Source: Azolla caroliniana
Lineage: Eukaryota; Plantae; Polypodiophyta
DNA: 64,000 nt
NCBI GenBank assembly: GCA_043228905.1
Contig: JBHGNT010000016.1
Location: 930,001 to 994,000 of the forward strand
Reading direction: 5' to 3'
Shown here: one piece after another, positions 11,363 through 23,980 of the stretch
Layout: the number at the start of each line of letters is the position of its first letter
Numbering within the stretch: the stretch's first letter is position 1
Position numbers and translations under genes: made by a program
Notes under the pieces: model-generated
Seen by the model: the letters and a program-made list of their open reading frames with translations, nothing else
Told to the model about the DNA's origin: nothing
The model's database searches: none

Positions 11363-12778
11363 GAATCAAACCGTCCCACCTTTTTCCAACTTCCTTTTAA
11401 TTTCTAGTGCTATCAAAAAGTAAAGCATCTAAAGTTGTTCAAGTGTAATAGTGGATGATGGGAGCTCATTGAACGGTAATTTGTAATGTAGTAAACCGAA
11501 TGGTCCTCTGGGGAAATATTCTAATGTTATAGTTGATGCAACACCTTGAATGGTGAATCTAACTTTTTGCACACCAACATATTATCAAATATCATGTAAA
11601 TATTTGTTTGAGAACCATTGGTGTCAATTGACTTTTCATATCATCAAAAATGTATATATTGGAAGGAAAGATTTCATGCAAGTTCGATAAGGATATCCGG
11701 ACGTTGATTTCCTTGACAAACATGCCGGTATCCTTTTAGGCTCATGATTAGATGATGAAATTATATTCATTATTGCCGAATTCCCTTGATTACTGAAACT
11801 TTCCATCAAACTTTCCATCGTTACAAAGTTGGATGCGACATGCAAACAAGGAAAAACCTTGTCACATAAGGTTTCTCTAATAACTTTGGAAGTCATTATA
11901 TGTTTCACAAAACTAGTCCAATTCGTTGATGATATGCAAGTCTTACGTTCATATTCATTATACCTTTCTAAATATCATATTATTTGTGACCTTTAATGTA
12001 AATATGCAATCGGACATGAACAAATAAACAACTAATGGTCCAAGTTTCACATTAGAAAGAAAGTTAAAAAGGTCATGACAAAATTCACCAATAAATATAA
12101 CAATATTTTTTTAAGCACACAGGAAATCTAGTTTCTTGCAAAGGACATCATTTTAAAATAAATGTTACGGAATTGAAGTATGGTTCCTATTGGATATAAT
12201 AAAGATCAATAGAGGAATAATGTACAAAAAAGGGTGTGGTCTTCACAATGTCATTCATAGAGGTATTTTGCATTGCGATCGGTTCAATTTTCAACTTTAA
12301 AAAGCAACCGAGTAGATTTGACTCTAATGAAGGTTCATCTCTTGTTCTAATTTTTAAAACAATATACAAGCATCATGATTAACCATCGACTGTTGGCATA
12401 AATATATTGTGAAATTCAAGTAGCATCACATGTTTAACCCTTTCTAATTTGGAACATCGTTCTCATTCCAAACCTTGTATTTGAGGGTTGGAGATTGCAT
12501 GCACGCCCAACCACGTTCCGGTTCATGCTATTATGTACTTGGAAAGTCGTTGGGAAGCACATTCCCAATAATAAATGAGAAAATAAAATTTTAGGTGTCC
12601 CTATTCCCATCCACCTACCCAAATTTATGTCCTCGTTCCTCAAACGTTTCCGTTCCACGTAACTATGGTTTATGTACAGCACCCCACACCCTTAGTACTT
12701 CATTGAAAGTTGTAATGAATTACCAGCAATAACAATCATACCCTCATAATTCCTTACAAATTGTTATTGCTTCGTCTT

Positions 12779-12860
12779 GCTCAAATTCAAAAGGACCGAC
12801 AATCAAATGTGCTCAAATTCAAATGGACCTACAATCAAATATTGGTGCTCGAATTCAAAA
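12779..12860. repeat. ~31-36-bp tandem repeat, ~2.5 copies
   Basis: tgctcaaattcaaa.ggacc.acaatcaaat repeated. Confidence 0.75.
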
Positions 12861-13814
12861 TGATTTTATGAGCATTACAAAACGACAAAAAAGAAACTAC
12901 AAAAACAATTTACAAGGAAAAATGAGTAGTGTGATTTTTTATACACTTTACATTCATTTGATATGGATAATGGATACCACAATAACCTTTCTTTAACTTT
13001 GCTTCTCCTAGATATTTATTTTGTATATTTTAAGCTCTACTTTACTTGTACCTATCATTCCTATAGCATTGTAATTTGATCACAAAGTAGTAACGCAGAG
13101 AAGCTCTGTGTTGTTTAGGTACAATATTTAGTTAAATTTGTAACCGTCAATAACTAATATTGTTCCACATGTAGTTGGTCTTGACAACTTTCATGCAATG
13201 ATTATTTGAATGTGCACAGCTTCATTATAAATCCACATGTTCCACTTGGAGATGTAATTTGCTGCTTCATATTCCATTATTTCATCTCCTTTGGTAGAGA
13301 CTTGTCCAAACCTCCATTACGATAATGCTTCTCCTCACTCAGAAAATTCAGTCACTTTCGTCAAAACATATCAGGCCACATCTCGATACACCAGACAGAA
13401 CATCACTTTATCAAGGAATTGCGTTCATGAATGCATCTGATGAGCCTTTTTCACTCATGTTCACGTTAGCAACAACCTCCTTAATTGGGCACCATTAATT
13501 TATACAGGCATCTCTCTTCTCCACCAAGCTGTTCGTGGCATATTGTGACAGATATTCTGGCATTTTCTCAAGAAACCAGCCGCTTAACCTTTCTTCCATA
13601 ACTCATTGAATTGCAATTGAGCATATTTGGAATGAATCACAATATTTATGAATGAATGAATGACAATATTTATGAATAGTTTTCATCCCTACAATGCAGC
13701 AATAAGTCTGCAGTATCTCCAAGGATGCTTTTCCCAAGCTCATCTATTTTCACAGTCAGCTATTCACATTGCATGCTCAAAGACATTAAACCCATTTTCG
13801 ACTTGCTCATCAAT

Positions 13815-16283
13815 TCACATTGTGTGTTCAAAGGCTGCTCTTCCAAGCACTACGTTACCCCATTTTCTACAAGCATCCAGAACATTACACCACATGGTGA
13901 GACTAGGACGAAAAGGGGTTTTCTCAATCATTGTTACAACACTATCTAACTGACCTGCCTGGCCCAGAAGTTCAACCATACAAATGTAATGCTCTTGTGT
14001 TGGATGAATGCCATAATATTGCACCATGATGTTAAAATATGCTGGGGCCTTATTAACCAGACCGGCATGATTGCATGCATTAAGGAGACACAAGAATGTG
14101 ACGAAATTCGGTCTCTGTCCTTCTCTTTCCATTCTTTCAATGATACTAAGGACACTTTCAATCTCTCCTAGCTGTGCATATCCAGTAATTAATGCATTCC
14201 ATGAGATAACATCTTTCATGGGAAGCTCATGAAATACCTCTTCTGCCTTCACAGAGAAACCGCATTTGGCATACATATCGACCACAGCATTCCCAACAAC
14301 AAGCTCGCTTCTTAACATCTCTGTCCTTGCAGCCTCTGCATGTAACCCTGTACCCTTGTCAATAGCACCAATAATGCTACAAGCTTTCAAACAGCAAATC
14401 AATGTGACGTTGTTCGGAAACACCCCATCTGTTTGCATCTGTTCAAAGCAGGCCAATGCTTCCCTACAACATTCATGTTCAGTATATCCAGTTATTAGTG
14501 CCGTCCATGAGACAACATCTCTTACAGTTAGCTTGTCAAACACCTCTTGGGCTTTGGAAAGCCAACCACATTTCCCATACATGTCAACTAATGCATTCCC
14601 AATGGTAACATGTGTTGCAATTGACCCTTGTCTAGCAATATCAGCGTGTATCTCTCTTCCCTTATCAATAGCTCTCATATTAGAACAAGCTTTCATGCAG
14701 CAAATAAATGTAACTGTATCTGGAGAGAATCCCTCAAGCTGCATCATCTCAAAGCACTTTAATGCTTCCTCGTTATGCTGTTGTTCAACATATCCTGCAA
14801 TAAGTACATTCCATGAAACCACATCTCGTGCTGGAAGTTTCCAAAGCACTTCTTCAGCTTTTGAAAGCAGGTTACATTTAGCATACATATCTATCAGTGC
14901 ATTTCCAACAACAAGGTCCTTCTCCAATAAGTTTCTTCTTGAGATCTCATCATGAATTTCTTTACCCTTGTCTTTGTCCCCAATACTACCACAAGCTTTA
15001 AGGGCATATGTGAATGTCCCAACATCGGGAGGGACCTGTTCTGATTTCATTTCTTCAAAACAGTTGAGTGCCTCCTCATCACATTTAGCTTTGGTATAAG
15101 CTGCCATTAGCACATTCCATGAGATGACATCTCGTACTGGAAGCCTATCAAATACTTCACGAGCTTCTGCAACCATTCCAAACTTGGCATACATATCAAT
15201 CAGTGCATTCCCTAGAATAAGATCCCTTTCCAACAAGCCTTTCCAGACAATCTCAATATGCATCTGTTTACCCTTTCCTTTAGATCCCCAGGCAGCACAA
15301 GCTACAGTGCCATAAACGAATGTTACGCTGTCAGGGAAGACACCCTCAACTTGCATCTGTTCGAATTTGTGCAGTGCTTCTGCACTCCTCATATTCTTCA
15401 CATAGCTTGCAATTAATGCAGTCCAAGAAACAATATCATGAATTGGAAGCTTGTCGAATGATTCTTGAGCTTGTCTCAGTAAACCAAATTCGGCATACAT
15501 ATCGATCAAAGCATTTCCAACCATGAGGTCTTTTACAGGGATCCCTTTTCTATCAATTTCCATATGTGTTTCAAGACCCATGCCCAAGGCTCCAAGTCTA
15601 CCACAAGATTTCAAGACGAAAACAAATGTGACAGCATTCGGGGGTACTCCCTCAAATTGCATTTGTTTGAAATAGTTCAGTGCTTTAGAGTAATCCTTAT
15701 GCTTGACATATCCTGCACCTAATGTGGTCCACGAGACCACATCCCTAATTGGGAGCTTATCAAATACTCTTTCGGCTTCCGAGAGGAAACCACATTTTGC
15801 ATACATGTCTATGAGCGTGTTTCCAAGGAAAATGTCTCTTTCCACTAATCCCATCCGTTCAGCATCTTTATGTATATCACGTCCTCTTGCCATATCTTTC
15901 AACTTAGCACAAGCCTTAAGTAATGCTATAAAGGTAAAGACAAATGCAGGTATGGAATGCTCTTGCATTTGGTGGTAGAGATCAAGTGCAAGCTTCAGTT
16001 TCCCAGATTGCACGTATGCAATGACCAGAGCATTCCAGGCCTTGTTATTTGGATGGAGTAGTCTGTCAAAGAGAGAGCGAGCAAGGCATAATTTCCCAGC
16101 ATCTACCAATATCAGGATCAGGTAGCTCCCAAGCGATGCATTACCTTGCACGCCCATTTTGCAACTGAGCGCGTGCAGGAGGTGCAAGGCATGAGCTGGA
16201 AGCCTCCTCCCTTTGCTACCATAGGCCACCTCCATAGCCGCTGCCATGGCCAGGAGGAGGTGGATGGAGACATTGGGTGGCAT
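13815..16283 (-). CDS. PLS-class pentatricopeptide repeat protein ending inside the E domain (no DYW); probable organellar RNA-editing specificity factor
   Basis: Intronless ORF with recurring GNALIDMYAKCG / DVVSWT(N)ALI / PD.VTF...LKAC triplets. It ends with HYICMVELLGQAG...ACRKWGNVVLGRAAFEHTM*. The first ATG is at 16283 (the ORF-track start at 16388 is GTG), so the true start is uncertain. Confidence 0.9.
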   Translation of the reverse strand: MPPNVSIHLLLAMAAAMEVAYGSKGRRLPAHALHLLHALSCKMGVQGNASLGSYLILILVDAGKLCLARSLFDRLLHPNNKAWNALVIAYVQSGKLKLALDLYHQMQEHSIPAFVFTFIALLKACAKLKDMARGRDIHKDAERMGLVERDIFLGNTLIDMYAKCGFLSEAERVFDKLPIRDVVSWTTLGAGYVKHKDYSKALNYFKQMQFEGVPPNAVTFVFVLKSCGRLGALGMGLETHMEIDRKGIPVKDLMVGNALIDMYAEFGLLRQAQESFDKLPIHDIVSWTALIASYVKNMRSAEALHKFEQMQVEGVFPDSVTFVYGTVACAAWGSKGKGKQMHIEIVWKGLLERDLILGNALIDMYAKFGMVAEAREVFDRLPVRDVISWNVLMAAYTKAKCDEEALNCFEEMKSEQVPPDVGTFTYALKACGSIGDKDKGKEIHDEISRRNLLEKDLVVGNALIDMYAKCNLLSKAEEVLWKLPARDVVSWNVLIAGYVEQQHNEEALKCFEMMQLEGFSPDTVTFICCMKACSNMRAIDKGREIHADIARQGSIATHVTIGNALVDMYGKCGWLSKAQEVFDKLTVRDVVSWTALITGYTEHECCREALACFEQMQTDGVFPNNVTLICCLKACSIIGAIDKGTGLHAEAARTEMLRSELVVGNAVVDMYAKCGFSVKAEEVFHELPMKDVISWNALITGYAQLGEIESVLSIIERMEREGQRPNFVTFLCLLNACNHAGLVNKAPAYFNIMVQYYGIHPTQEHYICMVELLGQAGQLDSVVTMIEKTPFRPSLTMWCNVLDACRKWGNVVLGRAAFEHTM

Positions 16284-19090
16284 ACCTTGCTCGTCCTCTG
16301 TCGATGGAGCTCGATGATAATCTCCCTCTAGTCCGTCTCTCCCGCTCTCATGGAGGCTGCGGCGTGTACAATCGCGGACAGGGCCCACGTTTCAGATTTC
16401 TGTACTGTGGAGAACATTCTCTGCGTCCCTGCGCATGTGCGGGGAACGGAGAACCCCTCCCTCCCCTCTGCAAGTAATGGCCACTGCCTGAATCAAGAAC
16501 TGTGTCGGACGGGAATCATCAGAGCATGTATGTAGTAATGTAGATGCCTCCCAGCAAAATGGGAAACCTCTAAAATCCAAGTGAATTCATTCATTCATTC
16601 ATTCATCACTCACATTCGTTTTGTGCTCTCATGAAAGAAAGCAAAAAAGCCTTTGGGTGGGTGGGTTATGGAACAAAAGGCCCGGGAAAGTTAACGTCCA
16701 CAAGAAGAAGAAGAAGAAGAAGGGCGAGCTCGATAGATGCCTTCTCCATTGCCTCTGCTTCTATTGATTTGTAAAGTTGATGCCTCGACAAGAACATTTC
16801 AGAGTTTCAAACCATCTCTTTTGCTCGAAATGCAGTTATGGTATAGATGATAGACACTCATTGCCGTATATTCGAAGCATTGGACATGGAGGAAGCACAT
16901 GTTTGATTGTCTTATGAGAAAGGTTGTTGGACAACGTCGCCTCCAACTCTGTTACGCTTTGTTGTGCCTTGCTTGAAAGCTTGTGGATGTGTTGAGCATC
17001 TAAGTAAAGGTATAGAGATGAACCTGAAATGATAGCTAGGTTGTTCCTTAATGTGCACAAAATATAACAACTTGGCACACATGGCAATAACAATATACAC
17101 TCAAGATGTAGACTTCATACTTATCAACGGAAAATCTTGTGAGGAGACATAATACTTAGCAAGGAATTATTTCATTTCCGCAATGACTATAATGATACTA
17201 TAAACTGAATGATCTACTAGCTAAGAGCGTATTATTTGTGTTCACTTCCACATATGCAAGATAAGAGCATGAGGACGATTTCTGAATTAGACCAAAATAA
17301 GACAAAGAATTGTAATAGAATAAATGATAATGGCATATATAACTCATAACCAAGTAAATTTATATCTCAATCTTTGACTCTTTTGAATATTGTAACAATG
17401 AATTCATAGATCAAACGTTCATTCTTCATTCTACTACTCTATCTAATCCATATACTTTTAAAAAAAGGGGGTTTATAAATTCCAATACATTTTCATGTTA
17501 CACAAAATGATATGTCTGCTAAAAGATATTCAACTTGAGCCTCGTCATTATCGACGTAGACCTTTTCTCTATTATAGGACCCAAGCAACGTTAGAAATGC
17601 ACCTTTTCAGCCTCCCTTGTGGTAGTAGTTTCTACATGTCACAATAAAGCTAATAACGTGTGTTAGTGTTTGACGTATGCTAATGCTAACATTGCAATGG
17701 TGGATGGAGCTAGTGGGAAATAGTAGAGCAACACATTGTCCGACATTTCTTTTTTGAAAAGGAAAGTAGGAAAGATAAGGGTAGAAAATAGCAAGTACAC
17801 AAATATACCATCTACTACAAAGGGGGAAATAGAAATGAACATGGATGAATTGACACTAGTCAGTGGACATGGTCTAAAGGAATAACCAAATAAACGCATG
17901 TGATTACTATGATGGGTATGATGTCACATCATGGATTTGAAAAACAAAGGGAGGAAGATGTAGGAAGGAGATGGTATAGGAAGAAAGCAACACACCTAAC
18001 CAAGTTTGGGGTTGCGTCATCATAGTGTTGAAGGAAAGGGCCTGGGTTAGTTAGTGGGGGGGCTCAAAGTTGTACTTGACACTTAAAAGAACAACATGAG
18101 TTGGGCTCAAAGCACACAAGGGGATAAGAAGTATTCGTAAGGTTTTAATGAATGGGCCAAAACGAGATGTATGGAGTAGAAGAATGAAATGAAGCCTCCT
18201 CTTGTTGTTGTTCGAATGAAATCCATCTATGTTTGCATTTGCATTATTAAAAGTAGATCACATTTGTATGTATAGACGCTCTCTAAAAATTGATGTATTT
18301 TATATGATTAAAAACTATTCAATGATTTTCTCGAATACATGAGAGGGGTACGTTGGTGATTCTTGAAAACATAAAAGTGGTAAGAGAGGTAATGATAAAA
18401 ATGAAGAAGTTCGAGCTTCAAGAATATATTCGTTGAACAAAAGTTTAAAAAAAAGGGGAAAGCTAATCAACACAACAAAACAAGACATTTACGTGCTAAA
18501 CGACACACACACACACACATTACAGTGAAAACAATTCCTTTTAGAGATCGAATACTTATAAGTCCCCAACAAATGGGGTCTAGTAAAAACGATGGCTTGC
18601 AATAGAGACTCTCTTTGCCTACCTAATCCAAGGCGCTCGTAGTAGGCTCAAGGACCTTGGATACACACATAGAGTGCGTGGGGGTATGTATGTCTGTACT
18701 TATATGTATATAGATCGTCAAGATGAGGGCAAGAAGCAAGAGGCAAAAGGAAGGACCACCAGAATTTGTGTTACCCCCCACCCCCACCCCCAAAAAGCAC
18801 AAAAACCAATTAATTCATTGAGAACCAATATGAATTGATGTGTACTTGTAGAGGTATAAACCTCCAAAAACATCCCACTCCACTTTATCATTTTATTGCT
18901 CACACAAGAATGCCCCCAACTTTACGTTATTCTTCATGGATGCCCTTGACCAAAGAAACACAATGGCAATTATAAACACCCTCTTTCTCCCTCTCTGTGT
19001 GTGCGTGCGTGCGCGTGTGTGTATTATATATATACGTATAGTGTGTGTAAAAAACTACTGGGAGGCTAATTCCGTGATTTCGCGAAAACC

Positions 19091-19308
19091 ATGATGGATA
19101 TTCCAGTGCCGGACGACGTGGAAGTCCGTGACGCCGCAGGCCATCCAGCCGGCGTCCATCTCCGAGCTTCCGGCGGCAAGAAGGCATCATTCTTCATCAT
19201 CGGTGATTCATCCATCCATGGCTATGCTGTGCTCCATCCCCTCTCACTTCACCTTCATATATAATATAATTGAGCATTGCGTTGCCCCCCTTGTTCCACG
19301 CTTACCCT

Positions 19309-19372
<64 letters not shown>

Positions 19373-22111
19373 CTGTGTATAATATAGATATAAATAAATA
19401 AATAAATATATATATGGCCATGTTTCCGCAGGAGTGGAGCTGAGCGAGAGGTTAGCCTACTACGCCATTCAATCCAATCTTCTCAATTACCTCATCCAAG
19501 TCCTCCAGGAGAGCAGCTCTGACGCCATCAAGAATGTCACCGTCTGGACAGGAGTCACTCTGGTCGTGCCCATCATGGGAGGCTTCATCGCCGACGCTTA
19601 TTGGGGACGGTACTGGACCATTGCCATCCTCACAATCGTCTATTTATTGGTATAGCTATCCAATCCCCCCCCTTCCAATCGCTATATTTCATCTGCTCCA
19701 TAATTATATATTCTGGAATTCCTTCATCTCGCTAAGTACGATTAGCGACCCCCCCACCAACCAATCCATCCATGTGTAATCTGCCAGCGCTTGGATCCAT
19801 CATTTTTGGATGTTTACTAGCTTGAATTGATCGATTTCAGGGGAATCTGTTTAATTAATCGTATTTCAGTTTTCTTTTAAATTAACTTTTTAGCGTCAAT
19901 GCTCATGACATAGGGCTTGCTACTGCTCACCCTCTCGGTTTCAATTCCGCATCTCAAGCCTATCAGGTGCGCCGCCACCGCCGCCTCTGCGGTGGCGGCG
20001 ACAGCTGGTGGATGCCCTAACCCCAAACCCTACCAAGTCGGCTTCTTCTACTTCTCTCTGTACCTGGTCTCACTGGGGACGGGCGGGATAAAACCATGCC
20101 TGGAGGCGTTCGGAGCAGACCAGTTTGACGAGGCCGACCCAGAGGAGCGCAAGAGCAGGAGCTCCTTCTTCAACTGGTGGTATTTCGCGCTCTGTGTGGG
20201 TGGTCTGCTGGCCGTGACCGTCCTGGTCTATGTCGAAAACAACTGGAGCTGGACGCTGGGCTTCGGGATTCCCACGGTGGTCATGGCGATGGGTTGCCTC
20301 CTCTTCTTCAGCGGAAGGCGCCGCTACCGCCGGCAGCTTCCGGGCGGCAGCCCGCTAACGCAGGTGGCGCAAGTAGTGGTGGCGGCCATCCGGAACATGA
20401 ATGCGGACCTGCCCGTCGATCCGCGCCACCTCCACGAAATCTATCGAGATCCTGCAGTCCCAGCAGCGAGCCGGCAACTGGAGCACACCGACAATATGAG
20501 GCAAGCCTGATAGTCTAATATTATGTTACGCAGAGAGATTTTTGTTTGTTTGTTTTTTAAAATTCTGATGGTTTCGGGTAGGTTCCTGGACAAGGCGGCA
20601 GTGAGGGGCGCGGAGTCGAAGCAGAGCTCACCCTGGCGGCTCTGCACGGTGACACAGGTGGAGGAGGTGAAGCTGGTGGCGCGGGTGGCGCCGGTGTGGC
20701 TCACCACGTTCACCTACGGGGTCCTGGTCGCGCAGACGAGCACGGTGTACGTGAGCCAAGTGGGCACAATGAAGACGGCGCTGGGCGGCGGCGGTTTCCA
20801 CATACCGCCGGCGTCCTTCCAAGCTTTCATGACAGTGACGGTGCTGGTGCTGCTGCCCATCTACGACCGTGTTCTGGTGCCGGCCATGAGGCGGTGGACG
20901 GGCAACGAGCGTGGTATCACGACGCTTCAGCGCATCGGGGTGGGTCTCTGCTTCTCCTTGCTCTCGGTGGTGGTGGCGGCGATCGTGGATGAGCGCCGCC
21001 TCCGAGTGGCGGCCGCCGCTGGGCTGCTGGACAACCCCGCCAAGCTCACCCTGCCCATGTCTGGCTTTTGGACCCTCCCCCAGTTCATCCTAATGGGCGT
21101 TGCAGACGTGTTCACACTAGTGGGCCAACAAGAGTTCTTCTATGACCAGGTCGGTAGGGTTCATACGCATTCCTGGACACTCTCTATCTTACGTACATAT
21201 ATGTATGTACATAATATATACACGCATCGTGTGCGTGTGCGTGCCTATGTGTGCATGTCCCGTCCCTCAAGGGGTGTCGACACGACAAACATCGTTCTAG
21301 TTTGTGGCCAACTGGGGCTGGATATCACTCACTCATGGATCCTCACTCTATTTAATTTCGTATTGTACCCATGGGAAGTGACATTTCAAGAAAAGATGAG
21401 ACAACATGACACCAAGAAGCAAGATAAATGCTAGGTTATTTGTGAATTGCTTCCTAATGTTAGCTTGTCAATACACGGAATCCTTCACGATTTACATTAC
21501 GTAGTTAAGTGCTTGAGCAATGATAATGACAATCTTATTGTGGGATAACATGTGAAGTGCCACTTGATTATAGCCTATAGGTCTAGGGAGTGACTTCTTT
21601 CATGGTCCTCTTCATTGTCCATGATTTGAAAATATTTTGGGTTTTGAATTTTAAATTTTCGAAACCATTTGAGGTGTTAGGTATTCTTTGGTGACATGTT
21701 CCTTCACATAGCACGATTCAGTCCAAGCTAAGATACATACGTATCACGGGAGAGTTATTTTGAGGATAGAAGAACAAGACTTATTTTTCCAAATAGAAAG
21801 AATGATTAGGTTCAATTATTTTCATTATTTGTGGGACAATATCATATGAATCTTGAATTATCACCACTACAATCACTCCAACCTATGATTCTATGTATCA
21901 TAATAATGTATACGTATAAAAGTCCTCATGGTTTTAGGTACAAAATAGTTCTCCCAAGCCCTCAGCCAATGGAAAGGCAATGCGTGTGTGCATGGAATTT
22001 GGTATCCATAGAGTAGAGGTATGGATACATGGATCTCCAACACTTCTACACCTAGTCATATCCCATTTCTGTAGATCATGCATGGTAGCTTCTAGTGTCT
22101 ATAAAAAGGGT

Positions 22112-22165
<54 letters not shown>

Positions 22166-23980
22166 GTTTGTTCTAGGCTCATATTTGAGTTGAAGTTTGA
22201 TTTGCCCTTCAAAAAGGCTACTATATGTTGAGCTTGTCAAATGAAAAGCTTGTAGGTTGTAGCATAAGCGTTTTCCTATAGGGAAATTTAGCAAACTTAA
22301 TCACAAAAATATGAATGATTGAATTTAAGGCTTCCAATTCCATGACAATTACGATGATTGGACCGTATGCTTCCCCAGATAATAAATAATTAAGTAAAAG
22401 GAGATTAATTGAGCATAAATTTGCTCCAATGGGAAGGCGATTGGACTCTTGAGGACCAACCAAGGGTAGTGAAGAAATAAAACACATAGCCATTTTGAGC
22501 ATAAAGCTGTAAAATCTCACACATATTTTGGAGAAACGTCAAAAACCACAATATACCTTCACGTTCTCTAATATCTAGGACAATGCCCCCCGGTGAATTA
22601 CATGTTTGGTCCATAGATCTAATATTGTTGATCAATGAGTCAATATCATGAAAGATTTGCAAACAATCAAACTTATATTTATACAATTACTAAAACATCA
22701 CTATGGAAGTATCAAACACCGAATAGAAGTATGTAGCTTTTGTCATAAACGTCCGTATCATCTTTTCCTAGTCAACATAAGTAAAAAATGTATTAGAATA
22801 AAGGGTTTCATGGCTCCCAAACACAAAGCATCATAATATCTAAGGTATGCTTATTTACAATTGATTATTTCTCGTGGTAAAAGGTGATGGTGTAAGCATG
22901 AAAAGGTTGTTGATTAAGTTGTTTCTCTCAAGCTATGAGAGGGGTTTTCTAGATGCTTCTTTGTAGGTCGACAACCAACATTTGAGTAATAGTAGATCCT
23001 TAAAAGGTTGGTTGCCCCTAGGGATGAAGATGACCATTTGCCTTGGTATATATCACGTCTCACCATAAATCCACTCCTTTTAATGGCACAATCCACATAT
23101 GATTGTTGGCCTTGTGAACCGTTCCATTATTGTGATTACTTTTTTAATTGAAGTTCCAATCAATTGTACCCTTGCTGGTAAAAGAGTATCTGAATATATA
23201 CCCCTAAACCTACAAAAGCAAAGTATATACCCCTTTTACTTTTTAGCTTTTACATTGGTGTAATGTCAACTTTATCCCTTGTGGTTTTAAAAATAACACT
23301 ATATACCCCTCGTAAGAAATCTACAAAAGAGAAGAATGCATACCCCTTTAGGTTTTAAGTGGGTGTAATGTCAAATCCCGTGCTTGCAATTTTATAAATA
23401 GATCACCGTGTCTCTCTAAGAAAATAAGAGATTCCTAAGAAATCCAATACATATTGTATTCATAAAAGCCTTCCCCTTAAATTAATTCAAGTATCTCATT
23501 TTCATTAACCTAAGGGTATGGTTGATAATATGGAATCAAATAAGAATGCTTAATGTTCATGTGCCATCTTTTATCTTCTACTTGTAGCAAAAAGAAATTC
23601 TAATTGTTTAGGTGCCGGATAGTATGAGGAGCTTGGGTATGGCATTGTATTTGAGTGCCAATGGTGTGGGCTACTTCGTTAGCACGCTAATACAATCGAT
23701 CGTGAATTGGGCGTCCACGCGGAAGGGCGGGTCACCATGGATTCAACCCTATAGTGTGAACCGATCTCACTACGATTACTTCTTTTGGGTGTTGGCCGTG
23801 CTAAGCTCACTCAACTTGTTGGCGTTTTTGCTTGTTGCGTCCTCGTATCGCTACAAGCGTGTGAAAAGTCCCCACCATACATCATTTCACACATCAGGTG
23901 GCCTTAGTCACAAGGACAGCCTTCAACGCATCCACCATCGCCCCTCCAATGCAAGCCTTTCTAGTACCTCGTCACAATAG
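19091..23980 (+). CDS. NRT1/PTR family (NPF) proton-coupled transporter; exons 19091-19202, 19432-19649, 19914-20500, 20582-21149, 23612-23980
   Basis: ELSERLAYY (ExxER motif), GGFIADAYWGRY, GTGGIKPCLEAFGADQFD, FFNWWYF, PGGSPLT, FLDKAA, CTVTQVEEVK, QRIGVG, EFFYDQ|VPDSMRSLG. Exon phases are consistent; intron 3 is GC-AG. Confidence 0.95.
19313..19367. repeat. (CT)n microsatellite in NPF intron 1
   Basis: Direct reading of the sequence. Confidence 0.95.
22115..22164. repeat. (CT)n microsatellite in NPF intron 4
   Basis: Direct reading of the sequence. Confidence 0.95.

Noticed and set aside
9790-12760. Possible LTR/transposase remnants, e.g. ATTCAGCCCCCCTCTAG near 11104
   Set aside because: Suggestive of decayed retroelement ends, but I could not establish paired LTRs, a TSD or a recognisable protein motif.
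14266-14955. 229-aa + strand ORF and other ORFs overlapping the PPR gene
   Set aside because: Antisense shadows of the PPR coding frame.
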